Of a stretch of DNA of 64,000 nt, positions 61,736-64,000 are shown one piece after another. The stretch's first letter is position 1. Every line of letters starts with the position of its first letter. The stretch is from Octopus sinensis. Its lineage: Eukaryota. The DNA lies in NCBI RefSeq assembly GCF_006345805.1, contig NC_043009.1, positions 13,268,001-13,332,000 on the forward strand, written 5' to 3'. The notes under the pieces were generated by a model that searched no databases, was not told the origin of the DNA, and was given only the letters and a program-made list of their open reading frames with translations. Made by a program: the position numbers and the translations under genes.

Positions 61736-62384
61736 GGATTATATATTCTCTTTGATTTAAACTAGTTTCTATCAGTTACACTGATAAGAGTATATATTCA
61801 GAATGCATTTTATCACTAGTAAGGATGCTAATTATGAAATTAAATGAACCATCTGTGAAACGTTTTTGCTAAATTTCGTTCGTTGCAGTGTTGTGGTGAT
61901 ATATCTCTGACATTGTGATATTCATTATATTTCCCAATTGCTGTCACAAATAATATCCCGTCATAATGAAATTTACTGCAGTTTACCATCAAACCTCTTT
62001 TCAATTAAACATTCACTTATTTCTGTTTGTTTTTAGCTGTTTCAGACATCACAAAAGTTGTATAGGGATTGCATCGATGAATTTATTCCACAAATTATCA
62101 GCTGTAAACCAATAAAATTTCGATGCGTTGTGTAATCTGCTTTACATGAAGTCAAGCTAATTACTATCTTGCAAATATTTTTAAATAGATTGCTATATAT
62201 CACCGATAGTCAGATGTAGCCATACTTTCTGTATTTTTAATTATATGTGTTTGAAAGTGTGCATAAATCTACTTGTGTATCTAGTGGTATTTTATATAAA
62301 AATACGTGAATTTGACTAAGCATATTACAGTGGTGCAGACATATACACTGTGTGACTGAAATACACACGATACACCTAACTTCA

Positions 62385-62790
62385 TTCTTGCGTGGCTGTT
62401 TGGTAGGAAGCTCGCTTGCTAATCACATGGGTCTGGGTTCAGTCCCATTGCATGGCAGCTTGGGCAAGTGTGTTCTATATCCTCGCGCCAACGAAAGCTT
62501 TGTGGTAGAGGGAAACTGAAAGAATTCCGTCGTATATATGTATATATATAAATATATGTGACTGTGTGTTTGTTTATGTGTGTGTGTGTGTGTGTCTTTG
62601 TCCCCACACCATCGCTTAACAACTGATGTTTGCTTTTACATACACGTAACTTAGCGATCCGGCAAAATGGGACAATAGAATAAGTATGAGGCTTACAAAG
62701 AACAAATCTTGGGGTTGATTTCTTCGACTAAAAAACCTTTAGGGTGGTGCTGCAGCATGGACATAGTCGAAATGACTGAAATATATAAAA
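62385..62790 (+). mobile_element. SINE family A (diverged)
   Basis: gcgtggctgtttggtaggaagc head, central microsatellite, cagcatggacatagtcgaaatgactgaaa tail. Confidence 0.85.
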
Positions 62791-62899
62791 GGATGAAATA
62801 ACAGCAGACATACACACACACACACACACATTCACACAAACACATATATAAGAGTGACTAAGAGTTCAAGGCCAAACGGGCACAGACTATCAAGAACTC

Positions 62900-63620
62900 A
62901 TTAGGCCCACTCGAATACTCTCGGAACTCAGAATGATTGGCGAACCCCAGAGAAGATATTCAAGTGATTCTCAGAGATACCCACAATGACAAACTCAGAG
63001 ACTAAGCCCTCGGTGTCACCTCAAACTCCAGTGGAACTGAATGTTCAAGAAACAAGCTTAACATCAACTGTCCATTATGGAAATAAATAAAAGAGGTGGG
63101 GTAAAAGCAGATCAGGATCAGCTCCTGGCCCAAGAGAGGTATACCTTATAAAGCATACAAGAAATGATTGTTGTTCCTTCGGGGGCTGTGGATGCTGTTC
63201 CGAAATATCTGGACAACGGGGAATATTCCGTCAGGCTGGAAGAAGGCAGAAGGCTGTTTCGTACCAGAAGAAAGGAATTCCTCAGCTATTAACCAAGTCA
63301 CAACTATCTCACTTGAGGGGAAAATCTTTTCAATATTGGTCAAAAGCATGATCTCGCATTGACTGAAAATGGATACATAAATACCTCTGTCTAGAAAGCC
63401 AGGGTTCTAAATTTCTTGGGATATCCGGAATACGCCGGACTTCTCAACCAGATGATCTGGGAGACCAACAGAAGCAAAGACGACTTCCCAGTGGATCAAC
63501 TAGTTCTGACAAATACGTACAGATCATCTCCTCATTCCCTCATATATAACGGCTCTCGACAGCTACCGTATCAATCTGCAAATTGCCAGCTACTTTAGAC
63601 ACATCCAGTTATGCTTCAAA
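62900..63620 (+). mobile_element. RLE-clade (HERO/NeSL-like) LINE RT fragment, degenerate
   Basis: IWTTGNIPSGWKKAEGCFVP.E.NSS.I.Q..TISL.EGKIF; NGYINTSV.KA; L.Q.I.E....K.D...L.LTN.Y.S.PH.LI. Confidence 0.72.
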
Positions 63621-63639
63621 ACAGTCAGCTTTACAACCT

Positions 63640-63825
63640 GGTAGCAAGATCTGGAGAAATGAATCATAACTGGTTGCACAATATGTCGCATCCCTTTTAT
63701 CGTTGGAATGTATCTTCTCATAATAGCTGCTGATAAAGAAATCCAAGTTACGGCCTGAGTTCAAATTCATCCGAGGGCGACTTTGCCCTTCAAATTGCTG
63801 GTTTTGTGCCAAAATTCGAAACAAA
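63640..63825 (-). mobile_element. SINE family B, B2 tail (diverged)
   Basis: Reverse complement: ...gaacttaactcagg, aaagtcgccctcgg core, tail aaattgctggttttgtgccaaaattcgaaac. Confidence 0.7.
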
Positions 63826-64000
63826 TACATCATACTAAAGAAAAGTGCATTAGTATGAAAATACTCAGATGTTCTTTCTCCATTTCACTATTGTTGATAT
63901 GTGAGGAAACTATGTATAGAAAAATAATTTCTCTCGTGTACTGAAAAGCCTGTACATAACAAGATTTTATTGATAAAATTAATTGTAACGACGCCTACAT

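Overview
This is AT-rich, microsatellite-dense eukaryotic DNA. The SINE, LINE and Penelope repertoire suggests an octopod cephalopod; that assignment is my inference and needs a BLAST check. I recognise no host protein-coding gene, and most ORFs in the supplied track are translations of (TA)n, (CA)n or trinucleotide repeats. The window is a layered collection of mostly decayed transposable elements: three tRNA-headed SINE families (about 25 copies, with swappable 3' tails); CR1-group, RTE, Tx1/L1-like and RLE-clade (HERO/NeSL-like) LINE fragments; Tc1/mariner elements (DD36E, DD34D, DD37D-like); a non-autonomous Helitron; several fold-back MITE-like elements; and about nine Penelope-like element (PLE) fragments. 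The most interesting signal is a set of candidate self-cleaving RNAs. A near-canonical minimal type I hammerhead (39951-39995) lies downstream of an intact PLE GIY-YIG ORF. Several variant or decayed hammerheads sit at equivalent positions in other PLE pieces, and an HDV-like nested pseudoknot lies at the apparent 5' end of an RTE-like insert (52262-52343). Other notable structures are a mariner whose first ~35 codons are flipped between 41-bp inverted repeats, a CR1-group LINE with twin-priming geometry, a SINE/LINE shared 3' stem-loop, and a 439-bp microsatellite palindrome. A few candidate exons and a possible recursive splice site hint at an unrecognised host gene on the + strand. All alignments and folds were done by eye.
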